From contig JAAVIE010000027.1 in the NCBI GenBank assembly GCA_014799325.1, positions 1-50,697 of the forward strand: a stretch of DNA of 50,697 nt, given 5' to 3'. The stretch is from Oscillospiraceae bacterium (GTDB lineage: Bacteria > Bacillota > Clostridia > Oscillospirales > Ruminococcaceae). A program made the translations under genes and the position numbers. Position 1 is the stretch's first letter, and every line of letters begins with the position of its first letter. Below the pieces are notes generated by a model that worked only from the letters and a program-made list of their open reading frames with translations, searched no databases and was not told where the DNA came from. Of this stretch, positions 36,743-47,463 are shown piece by piece.

Positions 36743-38224
36743 ATGGAACCAAGCAAATTATCTGAACATATTTTTAAAAAAGGTAAGTTCATAACCCCAC
36801 TAAATAACATACCTAACACGAAAGAATGCTCAGATGAAAAATCATGGATATATGGTCGTATGCCAGAATACTTGTGGATTGGACTAATTCTCAAATTTTT
36901 TGGAAGAAAAACAGGATTTGAAAAACTGAATGACATTATTTCTAAATTACATAATCTTGCTCCAACTTTAGAAACAGTAAGATTGTCACAAATTCTAAAA
37001 CTAGATGTTATAACACAAAAACAATTGTATAATTATATTGTTAGTATAGGAGTTAAAGAAGCACTTACTCCGTTAACAGCATTTCTTACAATAAGCTATG
37101 CGCCTGTTTTTGCAGAGATATTTTATTGTGCAGAATTAAGCATTGAAAGTAGATGTAATACACTCACTGACACCATGAAAGAAATCATGGATCATCAATC
37201 AAATGAATCTACAGATATCAGATATGTTGCACTTTATTTTTATCTGTTATCAGGCAAAATGCAAATCCAAGAAAGTCAAGCAGGTATAATTACATTATAT
37301 CCCAATTCATCACACGATAATGAAATTATGCGCTTAGCGAGACCCATGATTCGTTCTATGGAGATGATGATTTTGTCAATTGAGGCTCCAGATAGCAAAT
37401 ACATAAATGATTTTTGGAGGTGCGTAAGCGAAATGACTGATTGTAACATATTATCTTTTAATTTCCCAGAAGAAAATCGAAATGTTACTGCATATATGGA
37501 AAAATTGCGTAATGTTTTTGCTTTCCTTTTAGATCTTTTCTTATCAATCGACCCTTTAGATGATAAAATGAATGTTCTGCTTGGAATTGCAACATATTCA
37601 TACAAACGTTTACAGGAAGTATATGACCACAGCCTTTTTAATACTATCTCAGGAAGAAGCTGCGTTAGAGTTTTAATCGAAGATTATATTATGATGAAAT
37701 ACCTAGTTAAAAACGAATCCTCTCATGAGAATATCTGGCGTGATTATCAAATATACGGAACTGGATTATATAAATTAGTCCTGGCTAGACATCGTCAAGC
37801 TGAGAATGTACAATCAGATGATTGTCATTTTGATGCGGAATACATTGAAATGCTGGTCAATGAATTTAAATATGAGGCATTCATTGATATGGATACCAAA
37901 TACTTTGATAGTCAAGGAATAAGGGAAAAAGCAAAAAGCGTAGGCGAAAAAGATTTGTATGGATTGTATTATGACTATGATTCCTCTTTTGAACATGGAT
38001 TATGGGGTGCGATCAGAGAATCTTCAATGCTAAAGTGTGCTAACCCAGCACATAAATATCACTGTATTCCTGACATTAAAGGTGAAATAAACTTGAAGTC
38101 AGTTTGGTCTGACTGCGTTATGGTAATGAATAAAACATTAATTTATTTAAATGAGCTATATGGTATTCCAGAACAGATATTAAACGAGGTGATAAATTTT
38201 GAATTCAACACTACTAGTGAATAA
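36743..38224 (+). CDS. DUF5677-like domain protein (C-terminal) with unknown N-terminal domain
   Basis: AAGGAG RBS; C-terminal RSCVRVLIEDYIMMKYL and YYDYDSSFEHG motifs resemble DUF5677/HEPN-like helical proteins; AT-rich. Confidence 0.6.
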   Translation: MEPSKLSEHIFKKGKFITPLNNIPNTKECSDEKSWIYGRMPEYLWIGLILKFFGRKTGFEKLNDIISKLHNLAPTLETVRLSQILKLDVITQKQLYNYIVSIGVKEALTPLTAFLTISYAPVFAEIFYCAELSIESRCNTLTDTMKEIMDHQSNESTDIRYVALYFYLLSGKMQIQESQAGIITLYPNSSHDNEIMRLARPMIRSMEMMILSIEAPDSKYINDFWRCVSEMTDCNILSFNFPEENRNVTAYMEKLRNVFAFLLDLFLSIDPLDDKMNVLLGIATYSYKRLQEVYDHSLFNTISGRSCVRVLIEDYIMMKYLVKNESSHENIWRDYQIYGTGLYKLVLARHRQAENVQSDDCHFDAEYIEMLVNEFKYEAFIDMDTKYFDSQGIREKAKSVGEKDLYGLYYDYDSSFEHGLWGAIRESSMLKCANPAHKYHCIPDIKGEINLKSVWSDCVMVMNKTLIYLNELYGIPEQILNEVINFEFNTTSE

Positions 38225-39296
38225 AATATATTCTATTCAAAATCAATATAAGAATTTGCTTTCTTCTTTGCTTCCAAAAATCAAATCTTCCACATTGCTT
38301 CAAGCACTTGATGAGATCAATCTTTTCTGGCTCAGAAATATTCACTCTATTCAGTTGTATCTAAAAAATGTTTTTTCAAGTCAAGATAGTTATGTGTTTA
38401 CTGCGTCAACATTCATTGATTTTGATGATAGTGAGCATATACCATTTTTACTAATCGGCAAACAACATATACTAGATGATCCACTAAGTAAATTCGCTGA
38501 GCTATATAGCACTATGCCAGATGGTAAGGATAAGGAGTGCCTATATGAGCAAATTAAACTAACTGCTGAGGATAACATAAAAATTCTTGATAATTTGAAT
38601 CTAAGAATTCTTATTTTACCTCTGGATTTGCTGTCTCAATCAGATATTCACGATACATCAATTAAATCAAGTGAAAACTTTTTTATCAGTTTGTTCGATG
38701 GGATAGAAACACTTGATGACTATTTCACTAAATGCAACAGTATTGATGACATTGAAAAATATTCAAGTGAAAATATATTGAATAAGATTATGCTAACTGA
38801 CGAAGATAATATGAGCTTGCCGTTCAAACAGCGTTTTAAACTGGCAGTATCCAACTCTAAATTTGTAATAAACTCAGAACAATCGGATGCCTATAACTTT
38901 TTTATAAACGTATTTAGTTATCTGCAGCAAGCTATTCATATTGTGGTTTTGTGTATAGAATATGGCTGTGTCCCATATATTAGAAGCCTTGTTTCTGTAA
39001 ATTATATTCTTATAGTTGCAAACCATTTGACAAATGATTATGATCATGTGAAAAATTTTATGTATAGGATGTGCGTAGGATTTGCTGTGCATAAATCTTG
39101 TGATAAAGAGCAGTTTGATAAAATAGGTATAGACGAGTTCTTAAAGGAAATGCAAACATATGATTTTAATCGCAAATTGTTCGACAAATTGGAATCACAA
39201 GGTATTACTCAGGATACTTTTCTGCAACATTCAATTGGTCAAATCGTTAATAATCAACTTCAAGAATTGTACAATTACATAACTGGAAATCAATGA
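38199..39296 (+). CDS. Hypothetical protein, translationally coupled to the DUF5677-like gene
   Basis: 365-aa ORF, GAGGTG RBS and TTG start, 26-bp overlap; no family recognised. Confidence 0.75.
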   Translation: MNSTLLVNKIYSIQNQYKNLLSSLLPKIKSSTLLQALDEINLFWLRNIHSIQLYLKNVFSSQDSYVFTASTFIDFDDSEHIPFLLIGKQHILDDPLSKFAELYSTMPDGKDKECLYEQIKLTAEDNIKILDNLNLRILILPLDLLSQSDIHDTSIKSSENFFISLFDGIETLDDYFTKCNSIDDIEKYSSENILNKIMLTDEDNMSLPFKQRFKLAVSNSKFVINSEQSDAYNFFINVFSYLQQAIHIVVLCIEYGCVPYIRSLVSVNYILIVANHLTNDYDHVKNFMYRMCVGFAVHKSCDKEQFDKIGIDEFLKEMQTYDFNRKLFDKLESQGITQDTFLQHSIGQIVNNQLQELYNYITGNQ

Positions 39297-39380
39297 AAGT
39301 GTCTAATAATACAATCATTAGTTGGCTGCAAAAATTGTGAAAACAGTAGAAAATCTGTATAATGCATAAAATGAGTAGAC

Positions 39381-39420
39381 CAAAAATGCTGATATGGCAA
39401 AACACCATATCAGCATTTTG
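39381..39420. terminator. Bidirectional terminator
   Basis: AAAATGCTGATATGG-loop-CCATATCAGCATTTT between convergent genes. Confidence 0.75.
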
Positions 39421-39643
39421 CACTTTATCAAAAGAAGATCATATCAACTAAAAACGTTTCGTCAGTTTCTATAGAAAATCCTCAAAAATCTTGATAATTA
39501 TGTTGACACTGGTCTGTTGAGATTGGAGAATTCGGATTTTTGCTATCATCATTTTAGTTTGAACACCAACCTGATGGAATAGAAATGTTAGATAATCAAT
39601 CCTAAAAATGTTAAAATCACTATAAAAACGATATAAATATAAT

Positions 39644-42121
39644 TTATACACATTTAAAGTTCGATTTATTAGTCTCAGCAAATAGCCAAGCACACACCGC
39701 CCCCGCAATCTCAACAAGCACAACACCCCATAGCAAGAATTTAGAAACACCCCCATTCTCACCCAACAAAAGCGGCATACCCTCAACTCCAATGATATAT
39801 GCAAACGGCTTAAGAATTTGAATACCCATATAAGCATACAACAATGAAGGCAGCAGCATTATACCGCAAGCCGCAGCGTATGCAAGCTCCATTCGCTTTA
39901 TAAGAGATGAAATCAGTAACACGACTATTGCTCCGCACATAAGCACCAACAGCCGATACGCATATAAAATTATCAGCCAGCCTCGTATTGAACAATATAT
40001 CGGGAACTCGGACAACATAGACAGATTCTGAACTGCGATATCCCATTCCGAAATATCGAACTTGGTCATTAAAACATACAGTTCCCGTCCGTAAACAACC
40101 ACCCAGACCGCCGCCGATACGATCACCGACAGCAATATTTTCCTAGATAGAAGTACACCGCGTCCTCGAACAGTCGAGCTTGATAAAAATGTTATATTAG
40201 AGCGGCGTTCACACACCATACTGCCCGCAAGCAGCAGAGTCAAAGCAAGAACCGCAATAATCGCGGCACGGTGCTGATTATTTTGTGCCGCTGTTCCGTA
40301 CACACTTTCAAACGGTGTTTCGTCAATCAGCCACGGAGTAAATTCTTTATCCACACCGTTCGTTTTGAGTTCATTGACACGAGTTCTTACCCTGTCAAGA
40401 CCCTCCTTGCTGCTCCTTGCGGCAGCTTCATCACGGGCAAAAAGATTTAGTTGTGACTTGGTGATTTTTCCGTTTTCATAGTCTATCTTCGCTTGTTCAT
40501 ACTCAGATATTGCTTTGTCAAGCTGTTCCATTATGGAATCTATTTTTGAAAAAGATTCATCTGTGATCTCACCGGATAATTCGCCGATATATTTTTGTTC
40601 GGCGACCTCTGCGGCAGAAAATAGCGGAATATTTGCAAAAAATGGAAGTTTGAAAACCACATAGACAAACAAAGCAAAAATTACAATGCCTTTTTGAATC
40701 CACAAAGTTTTATACGTTTCCGTTCCGAGAAGTCCAAAGCGGCACAGCACCTTATCTGTTATACTTCTTATGCAATAAGCTATCTTCCCTAAAATATCTT
40801 TACCGCCGGCAGGCTTTTTCTTACAGTAAATAAAAACACACACGTCAGCCAGACATATACACATAGGGAACAACGCGAATTGCGAAATATTTCGTATTCC
40901 AAACGGAAAACCGAATAAATTGATATTCAAATAATTCGTATACAGATCGGACAGACTTATGTAGGTGAATAAATTAAAATACTTCAATCCATTCCATACG
41001 CTTTGCACGGGCAGAAATGTATACAAGCTGTATTCTACAGCCAACAACATAGCCGCAATAATAATTGAATATTTTACATTGTTGACTGCCGAAAGCAGCA
41101 GCCAAAACAACAAGCCGATAAAGAACGATGCTAATACCCGTAAAATCAGATAGTAAATCATAAAGCTTCCCACGGAACACGGCATAGGCAGCTTGCCGAG
41201 GATTTCAACCGATTGTACTGTACGCGCCAGATCGTCAATTCCGCCGTAAACGGAAAATCCTATTGCAAGATTTGTACCGTAAAGCAGCAGAACACCGCCA
41301 AATGATACACCAAACAAAATAACCGTTCTTTGCAAAGCAAGACTAGCTCGTCCACACGGCGCAGCGTGAATAATCCCTGCAAGACCCGCTTTGCGTTCCT
41401 CGAAAAATGACATAACGATCATCAGCAGAACGGCGATCATAAAATAATCCGTAAGCGAAAAAGACATAAACGAGTTGACCGCTCCGTCCGCACCCAACGA
41501 CAATGAAACACCGCGCATCTTTTCAAATTCATCGGCAGTCTTGACAATGTTTCTGCCCGAAAAACTGTCAGACTCAAACAAAGAAAACATCTGCATATTT
41601 TCTTTATTTCTTTGAATAGAGTTTAGCCAATTGTCATATCCCGTTAAATAATCGGCGTTGATAAGCAAATTATTTACAGCGATATAATCAAGCTCGGCTG
41701 CGGAAATATCAAATTCACCGTTTTCGATCTGCCGTAATAATTCGGGTTGAGTTATTCGGTAATCATCAAGCGAATTGCCGATCCCTACGAAATTATTTTC
41801 GTTTTCTATAAGATCGGCTATCCTTAAAATATCGGTAAGCCTGGATTTTTCCTGGTTCAGCATCGACACCGCATCATTTAACGGCACTTCCTTTGTTTTA
41901 TCAAGCCAACTCAAATAGCTTTTATATGCCGCTTGGGGTTTAATTCCATTATCGGGAATTTCGTTATCAAAAACGGTTATTACCGCATTTGGCAAGGTCA
42001 AGTCCAAGCCGTAATTCTGCGAAATTTGCTCACGAACAAATAAAAATCCGTTTACTAAAATTATCAATAACAACCCGATCAGAAGACGGTGGTTTGATAA
42101 AATGCGTTTCAGTTCCATCAT
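39644..42121 (-). CDS. Large ABC permease-like membrane protein (two fused ABC-2-type halves)
   Basis: Two repeats of TM + extracellular domain + EERKAG/CERRSN...GR motif + 5 TMs; follows the ABC ATPase. Confidence 0.75.
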   Translation of the reverse strand: MMELKRILSNHRLLIGLLLIILVNGFLFVREQISQNYGLDLTLPNAVITVFDNEIPDNGIKPQAAYKSYLSWLDKTKEVPLNDAVSMLNQEKSRLTDILRIADLIENENNFVGIGNSLDDYRITQPELLRQIENGEFDISAAELDYIAVNNLLINADYLTGYDNWLNSIQRNKENMQMFSLFESDSFSGRNIVKTADEFEKMRGVSLSLGADGAVNSFMSFSLTDYFMIAVLLMIVMSFFEERKAGLAGIIHAAPCGRASLALQRTVILFGVSFGGVLLLYGTNLAIGFSVYGGIDDLARTVQSVEILGKLPMPCSVGSFMIYYLILRVLASFFIGLLFWLLLSAVNNVKYSIIIAAMLLAVEYSLYTFLPVQSVWNGLKYFNLFTYISLSDLYTNYLNINLFGFPFGIRNISQFALFPMCICLADVCVFIYCKKKPAGGKDILGKIAYCIRSITDKVLCRFGLLGTETYKTLWIQKGIVIFALFVYVVFKLPFFANIPLFSAAEVAEQKYIGELSGEITDESFSKIDSIMEQLDKAISEYEQAKIDYENGKITKSQLNLFARDEAAARSSKEGLDRVRTRVNELKTNGVDKEFTPWLIDETPFESVYGTAAQNNQHRAAIIAVLALTLLLAGSMVCERRSNITFLSSSTVRGRGVLLSRKILLSVIVSAAVWVVVYGRELYVLMTKFDISEWDIAVQNLSMLSEFPIYCSIRGWLIILYAYRLLVLMCGAIVVLLISSLIKRMELAYAAACGIMLLPSLLYAYMGIQILKPFAYIIGVEGMPLLLGENGGVSKFLLWGVVLVEIAGAVCAWLFAETNKSNFKCV

Positions 42122-42128
42122 AAGCAGC

Positions 42129-42989
42129 TTAATCTCCGAGATAATAAAGATAAACGTCATCAAGCGTTAAGTGTTCGGTTACATATTCTCCGTCCTCCGG
42201 CAGATCATCACCAACTAGCCGCACCCAAACTTGTCCGTTGCGTTTTCGCACATTTCCGACCTTGTAACGCTCTTGCAAAATCGCTGTATCTCCGTCAAAC
42301 GGCAGTTCAATTACTTTTCCTCGAACGTTATCCAACAGATTTTCAGAAGTATCCATACCGACAATATGTCCGCTTTTTATCATTAAAATTTTATCGGATA
42401 TGGATTCAATATCACTTACAATATGAGTAGCAAGCAAAATAATTCGGTCGTTTGATATTTCCGAAATAAAATTTCTTATACGAATTCGTTCTTTTGGATC
42501 AAGACCCGCAGTAGGTTCATCGAGAATAACGACCTTTGGATTGCCAAGCAGTGCCTGCGCTAAAAGTACGCGCTGCTTCATACCGCCGGAAAATCCGCCA
42601 ACCCTCTTGTGACGAACGTTCGCCAAATTTGTAATTGTCAGCAGATTTTCAATTTCGATTTTTGCTTGCTTTTTCGGAACCGCTTTCAGCTCTGCCATAT
42701 AATACAAAAATGTTTGAGCAGTCATATGATTGTAAAATCCTTGCTGCTGCGGCATATAACCAAGCACACGGCGAAAATCCTTGCCGAGCTTCAGAATATC
42801 AACACCATCAAATAAAATTGATCCGTCCGTTCTTGAAATATTATCGGTAAGAAGATTCATCATCGTGCTTTTTCCTGCACCGTTTGCACCGAGAATACCA
42901 TAAATACCCGGAGTGAATTTCACGCTTATATGATCAAGCGCAGTCATTCCGCCGTATTTCTTTGTTAAATCTTTAAGCTCAAGCTGCAT
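42129..42989 (-). CDS. ABC transporter ATP-binding protein
   Basis: GANGAGKST, FSGGMKQR, ILDEPT, ATH. Confidence 0.95.
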   Translation of the reverse strand: MQLELKDLTKKYGGMTALDHISVKFTPGIYGILGANGAGKSTMMNLLTDNISRTDGSILFDGVDILKLGKDFRRVLGYMPQQQGFYNHMTAQTFLYYMAELKAVPKKQAKIEIENLLTITNLANVRHKRVGGFSGGMKQRVLLAQALLGNPKVVILDEPTAGLDPKERIRIRNFISEISNDRIILLATHIVSDIESISDKILMIKSGHIVGMDTSENLLDNVRGKVIELPFDGDTAILQERYKVGNVRKRNGQVWVRLVGDDLPEDGEYVTEHLTLDDVYLYYLGD

Positions 42990-43002
42990 ACTTCCCTCCG
43001 AA

Positions 43003-44364
43003 TTATCCTACCTGTATCCAATACTCGTGATCTTCCGGTTCAAAATTCACAGCGGCACCAGGCCATGTGTCAACCTCTCTGAACCGTCCGTTTACCCAAT
43101 CGATCTGATATAACGCGGAGGACGGGCTCATAAATGTTTTGTGATACGCAAGCAAAAATACGCTGTCTCCATCGGCAAATATCAAATCACTGCCCACTAT
43201 ATCGGAATATGTTTGATAAATTGATGACAGGTCGATATTTGCCTTTTTAGCGCCGCCGAAATCAAAAGTCATGATCTCTCTGCCGTTAGCGCTTAATATA
43301 ATAATGTTTTCATCGGTAAACGCTGCCGTGCCGCCGTTTGTATTTCCCGATAACGAAATTTTTTCGGAATTTCCCGAATTCAGATCAATGTTCCAAAGCT
43401 CATTTCCAGATGCGTAATAGTAAAGCTTGCCATCCATAATATACCACGAGGCGTTATCGGACGTGGAACTAACGATCTGCGACGAACTCCATATTTTTCG
43501 CGTATTTGCCGAGTTTTCACCCAACCAATACAACGAATCGTGCTCATCGCCATTATTGTCCATATAGCGGTTCATTGCATAAGCGTTTTCACCGTCTGCC
43601 CAGAACTTCCACTCGGAAGTTTGGTGCATATCTTCCGGTTCACCGTCAATAAGCTTAACGGCATTTTCCACTTTCTGCCCCAAGCTAACTCGATAAACGC
43701 TGTGATCACGTTCCATAAAATAAATGGTACTGTTCACGAAAACAGGATCGGCACAATTGACGCTCCAACTTGGTTCCGATATCTGAATTACCTGCACGTC
43801 GGTATGATCTGTGCCGTCTAAATTCATTGAACAAAGCGTTTTATAGCTGTTGTGGATTGCGTCGCCGTTTACATAATACAGCTTACCATCATAATAGCTC
43901 AAAAGTTTTGAATTGATCCATGCGTTGCAATCAACATCATTGTGCGAACACTCCGGTTTTCCGCATACAACGATCATTCTTCCGAGTTCGTTGTCAAAGA
44001 AATACAATAAGCCCTCATTCTGCAAATAGTAACCTTTTTCCGTTTTGCAAGCGGTCGGCAGACGTAGCAGAGAATTTATATTCATATTTCTTTGAAATCC
44101 GCTTAAATCCAACTCCGTCTTGTCTTCACCCAAATTATCAACGGACGGGACAGAAGAATTATTTTGATCTATATAGTTGCTTGTGCTATTTTGCAATCCA
44201 TCACCAACAGAAGAACTATTTTGCGAATTGGAACTGTTGTTTGCATTGATCCACCCGTCATTCACGACGGAAGACGTGTCTTCAGTACCGCTGTTTGGAA
44301 CGTTTGTAGCTTGACAGCCTGATAACAATAAAACTGCTACACAAAAAATAAAAATCTTTTTCAT
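43003..44364 (-). CDS. Lipoprotein, probable beta-propeller
   Basis: Lipobox LLSGC, Ser/Asn linker, CGKPECSH..DCNA motif, repeated DGKLYY strands. Confidence 0.8.
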   Translation of the reverse strand: MKKIFIFCVAVLLLSGCQATNVPNSGTEDTSSVVNDGWINANNSSNSQNSSSVGDGLQNSTSNYIDQNNSSVPSVDNLGEDKTELDLSGFQRNMNINSLLRLPTACKTEKGYYLQNEGLLYFFDNELGRMIVVCGKPECSHNDVDCNAWINSKLLSYYDGKLYYVNGDAIHNSYKTLCSMNLDGTDHTDVQVIQISEPSWSVNCADPVFVNSTIYFMERDHSVYRVSLGQKVENAVKLIDGEPEDMHQTSEWKFWADGENAYAMNRYMDNNGDEHDSLYWLGENSANTRKIWSSSQIVSSTSDNASWYIMDGKLYYYASGNELWNIDLNSGNSEKISLSGNTNGGTAAFTDENIIILSANGREIMTFDFGGAKKANIDLSSIYQTYSDIVGSDLIFADGDSVFLLAYHKTFMSPSSALYQIDWVNGRFREVDTWPGAAVNFEPEDHEYWIQVG

Positions 44365-44374
44365 AAAAATCCTC

Positions 44375-45049
44375 CTAAATGGTGTTAGTTTTTTCGTTGA
44401 TACGATACCCTATTGTGAAATATGTTCCTCTATCGGAACAGTTTTCAATTGTAACAACATATTCGCCGTCTGTGTCTGCCTCAAAAAACAATTCACCTTT
44501 GCCTATTATGTGATCCTCCATATATTTTCCTGTTTTCAGGTCGGTGAGGGCTATTTTTATATTGGTAAGCTTTTGCTCACAATCCACATTAAACGTGACG
44601 CAGCTGCCTTCAGTAAGTGTCGCCTTACGGTAATCTATTTTCATGCCCGCTTCTATTTCTCCATGAGCTTGACCGTCGCTTTTAAGTTCGAGAAGTTCGT
44701 CAATAATTTCGACTTCTCCTGCTTCTAAAGCATCATTACCGGGTTTGCTGTTGGAATCGCTCGGATTATTTTTGTCGTTATTGATTGGCAGGAAATTAGT
44801 CTCATTACTTTCGGTATTTGAGGAGGTAGTTGCATTTGTTTGGGAATTATTGCTTTCACTTTCAGCACTAAAATGAATTTTATCCGATGTGCTTCCCATA
44901 ATGATCGGATTATCTTCATTTCTGTTTTCACTTAAAACATCAGAATTAATGTCAGTGCTCCCATTCAATTCGTTATTCGACATTTGACAACCCGAAATCA
45001 TAATGATTGCTGCATATCCAAGCACAATAGGTAAAATCGTTTTTTTCAT
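44375..45049 (-). CDS. Lipoprotein of unknown function
   Basis: Start MKKTILP after GGAGG; lipobox ISGC; low-complexity linker and C-terminal beta domain. Confidence 0.78.
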   Translation of the reverse strand: MKKTILPIVLGYAAIIMISGCQMSNNELNGSTDINSDVLSENRNEDNPIIMGSTSDKIHFSAESESNNSQTNATTSSNTESNETNFLPINNDKNNPSDSNSKPGNDALEAGEVEIIDELLELKSDGQAHGEIEAGMKIDYRKATLTEGSCVTFNVDCEQKLTNIKIALTDLKTGKYMEDHIIGKGELFFEADTDGEYVVTIENCSDRGTYFTIGYRINEKTNTI

Positions 45050-45109
45050 AAAGCCCTCCATAATACAATCGGGATATAGGAAAATCCCTATATCCCGATT
45101 ATAAATTAC

Positions 45110-45131
45110 AAATCTCATATATTTCTCAAAT
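45110..45131 (-). promoter_or_regulatory. Response regulator box (TCTCA x2, 11-bp period) upstream of the lipoprotein-ABC operon
   Basis: AAATCTCATATATTTCTCAAAT, 21/22 identical to 47204-47225; -10 TATAAT at 45098-45103. Confidence 0.75.
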
Positions 45132-46511
45132 TGTGCGAATTTTTATAGAAATTTTTGCACCACCCTTTTCTCCATTGTCCAAGCGAATATTCCCGCCTAG
45201 CTTTTCTGCAAGTAAGCTGCTGATATATAATCCCAATCCAAAGTGAGGTGATGTTCCGCTTCCCGTTTTTTCGCCTCGATAATATGCAAGTGCAGCATTT
45301 TCCAGATCTTTTTCTGTGAATCCTTCTCCATCATCTTCAACAGTGATCATAATATATTTCTGTTCTTGACATATTTGCACAATAATTTTTTCCTTTGCAT
45401 GACGTGCGGCATTGGATAGAACATTTTCACAGATTTGAGCCAATGCCCCTTTATCTAAATTCAGGTTTTGCTCATCCAACTCGGAAATAATCTCTGTTTT
45501 TCCGTTCAGAAACAACATCGCTGCCGTTTCCGATATCATTCCTGTTATTTCGGAAGATGAAACGCTTTTGTAGCAAGGCTCGTAGTCCTCTAACCTCTGT
45601 AATGTTCCCATAGTGTCGGTAAATTTATTAAGACGCACGATTTGATCGGATATTTCATTGACAAAGCCTATAGTCTCTCCACCATTCGCATTATTCCCAA
45701 CATTATCAAGGAGCAAATCAATATATCCTCTTATAACGGTAAGCGGAGTTCTTAAATCGTGGGCAAATGCGGCGTTCAGCCTTTTACGTTCCTCTATCGA
45801 ATTCCACATTTTACAATTGCTTTTAACCAATTCCTGCCGCATAACTTCAAATGCTTGGCACAAGCGCCCAAATTCATCTTGACTCTCATAATTGATTTGG
45901 AAATTCAGATCATTTTCCGATATCTTTTGAACAGCCGCATTCAAAATGCGAAAGGGCCTTTTTATTTTCCATAAATAAAACACCAGTGCGGCTGCGACAA
46001 GGCAAACTGAGTACCACAAAATTGCCGCTATACCGTTGAGCCACGAAAAGAAATCGTATCTTTTCTGATCTTCTTCCAACAAGCTATATCTGACTATATG
46101 CTCGTCCGTGTTTATCGGAACAACCGTTGCAGGAAAATCAATAAATTCGCTTTCATTTAAATTTGTGCCGTATTCAATATTATTTTGTATATTAAAACCG
46201 ATCAAATCACCTGAAGTAAGTTGATCTTCATCGGATGAATTGTTTTCCGGAGGAATATATTCAAATCCAATATCACCATTATTTATATTGTTATCATCAC
46301 CTAAAATTGCAAAAAACTCAGAATTATCCGTTGGTATTATTTTTACTATTTCATCGGATTTATATTTGTCTATAATATCATTAAGCTTTTCTTCCGCTAA
46401 CCATATCGTTGCTTTAGTCGAACCGAATGCGGCAAGAATACAGCAAAGCGCACATATTATAAATGCCGCAGGAAGCGGAATACCACACAGCCATTTCTTT
46501 ATCCTACCCAT
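45126..46511 (-). CDS. Sensor histidine kinase
   Basis: Two TMs, HAMP, FAHDLRTPL, NVLSNAARHA, DDGEGF, HFGLGLY. Confidence 0.95.
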   Translation of the reverse strand: MGRIKKWLCGIPLPAAFIICALCCILAAFGSTKATIWLAEEKLNDIIDKYKSDEIVKIIPTDNSEFFAILGDDNNINNGDIGFEYIPPENNSSDEDQLTSGDLIGFNIQNNIEYGTNLNESEFIDFPATVVPINTDEHIVRYSLLEEDQKRYDFFSWLNGIAAILWYSVCLVAAALVFYLWKIKRPFRILNAAVQKISENDLNFQINYESQDEFGRLCQAFEVMRQELVKSNCKMWNSIEERKRLNAAFAHDLRTPLTVIRGYIDLLLDNVGNNANGGETIGFVNEISDQIVRLNKFTDTMGTLQRLEDYEPCYKSVSSSEITGMISETAAMLFLNGKTEIISELDEQNLNLDKGALAQICENVLSNAARHAKEKIIVQICQEQKYIMITVEDDGEGFTEKDLENAALAYYRGEKTGSGTSPHFGLGLYISSLLAEKLGGNIRLDNGEKGGAKISIKIRTI

Positions 46512-47179
46512 TTATAGCCTACCCCCCAGATCGTTTCTATACAACTTTCTATTCCCGCTTTAGCGAAAGTGAGTCGTATTCTGCGAATATGCTCCATAAT
46601 TACGGTATCGTCGCCCTCACCATCAATTCCCCATACACGGTCGTATATTTTGGCACGTTCAAATACCTGACCACGATTTAATGACAGAAGCTGAATTATA
46701 TCAAAGTCCTTTTTGTTGAAGAATAATGCCTCTCCCCGAACAAATATTTCCCTTGATGAATAATCGATCGTTATATCACCGAAAATCTTCCGCTGAATAT
46801 CCTTGTTGCGTCTTTCACGGCGCAAATGTGCTTTAATTCGTGCGCCAAGCTCTGTAAGCGAAAATGGCTTTACAATGTAATCATCACCACCTGCGCTGAA
46901 GCTTTCAACCTTATCCTCATCGCTGTCTCTAGCAGTCAAAAATATGATAGGACAGGAAACAAATTCTCGAATTGATTTGCAAACCTCGATCCCGTCCATC
47001 TGTGGCATATTGATGTCAAGTAATATCAGATCCGGTTGCTGCCTTGACTTCTGTATAGCGGCTGTTCCGTCTAATGCACAGCTTACTTGATACCCTTCAC
47101 GCTGTAAAAAATTTTGAAGCATTGTTATGACCTTTTTTTCATCATCAACGACTAAAATACGATATGACACTGTAGACAC
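46499..47179 (-). CDS. OmpR/PhoB family response regulator
   Basis: VVDDE, LDINMP, DDYIVKPF, ETIWGVGY; GAGGAG RBS. Confidence 0.95.
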   Translation of the reverse strand: MSTVSYRILVVDDEKKVITMLQNFLQREGYQVSCALDGTAAIQKSRQQPDLILLDINMPQMDGIEVCKSIREFVSCPIIFLTARDSDEDKVESFSAGGDDYIVKPFSLTELGARIKAHLRRERRNKDIQRKIFGDITIDYSSREIFVRGEALFFNKKDFDIIQLLSLNRGQVFERAKIYDRVWGIDGEGDDTVIMEHIRRIRLTFAKAGIESCIETIWGVGYKWVG

Positions 47180-47203
47180 CTCCTCAATTTTATTTTAATG
47201 CGA

Positions 47204-47225
47204 AAATCTCATATTTTTCTCAAAT
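47204..47225 (-). promoter_or_regulatory. Response regulator box upstream of the RR gene (autoregulation)
   Basis: AAATCTCATATTTTTCTCAAAT; -10 TAAAAT at 47192-47197. Confidence 0.75.
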
Positions 47226-47463
47226 ATTATGTTCTTCTGCATAATATAGCATATTTTTTCACATCTTTTTATTAAAATTTTACCAATAAAGGTTCACAAA
47301 TGTTACTTACGTATTGTCTCAAATTCTAAAATAGTTACAGCTACCAAAACGTGTTTTGGAGTTACGTAATTATCTGGTTTATATAATATGGAATGATACA
47401 GTTCTGCATACGTTTCCTCACTTTTTATAATTTGCAACCAATAGTCTGAATAACTCGGTTTTT

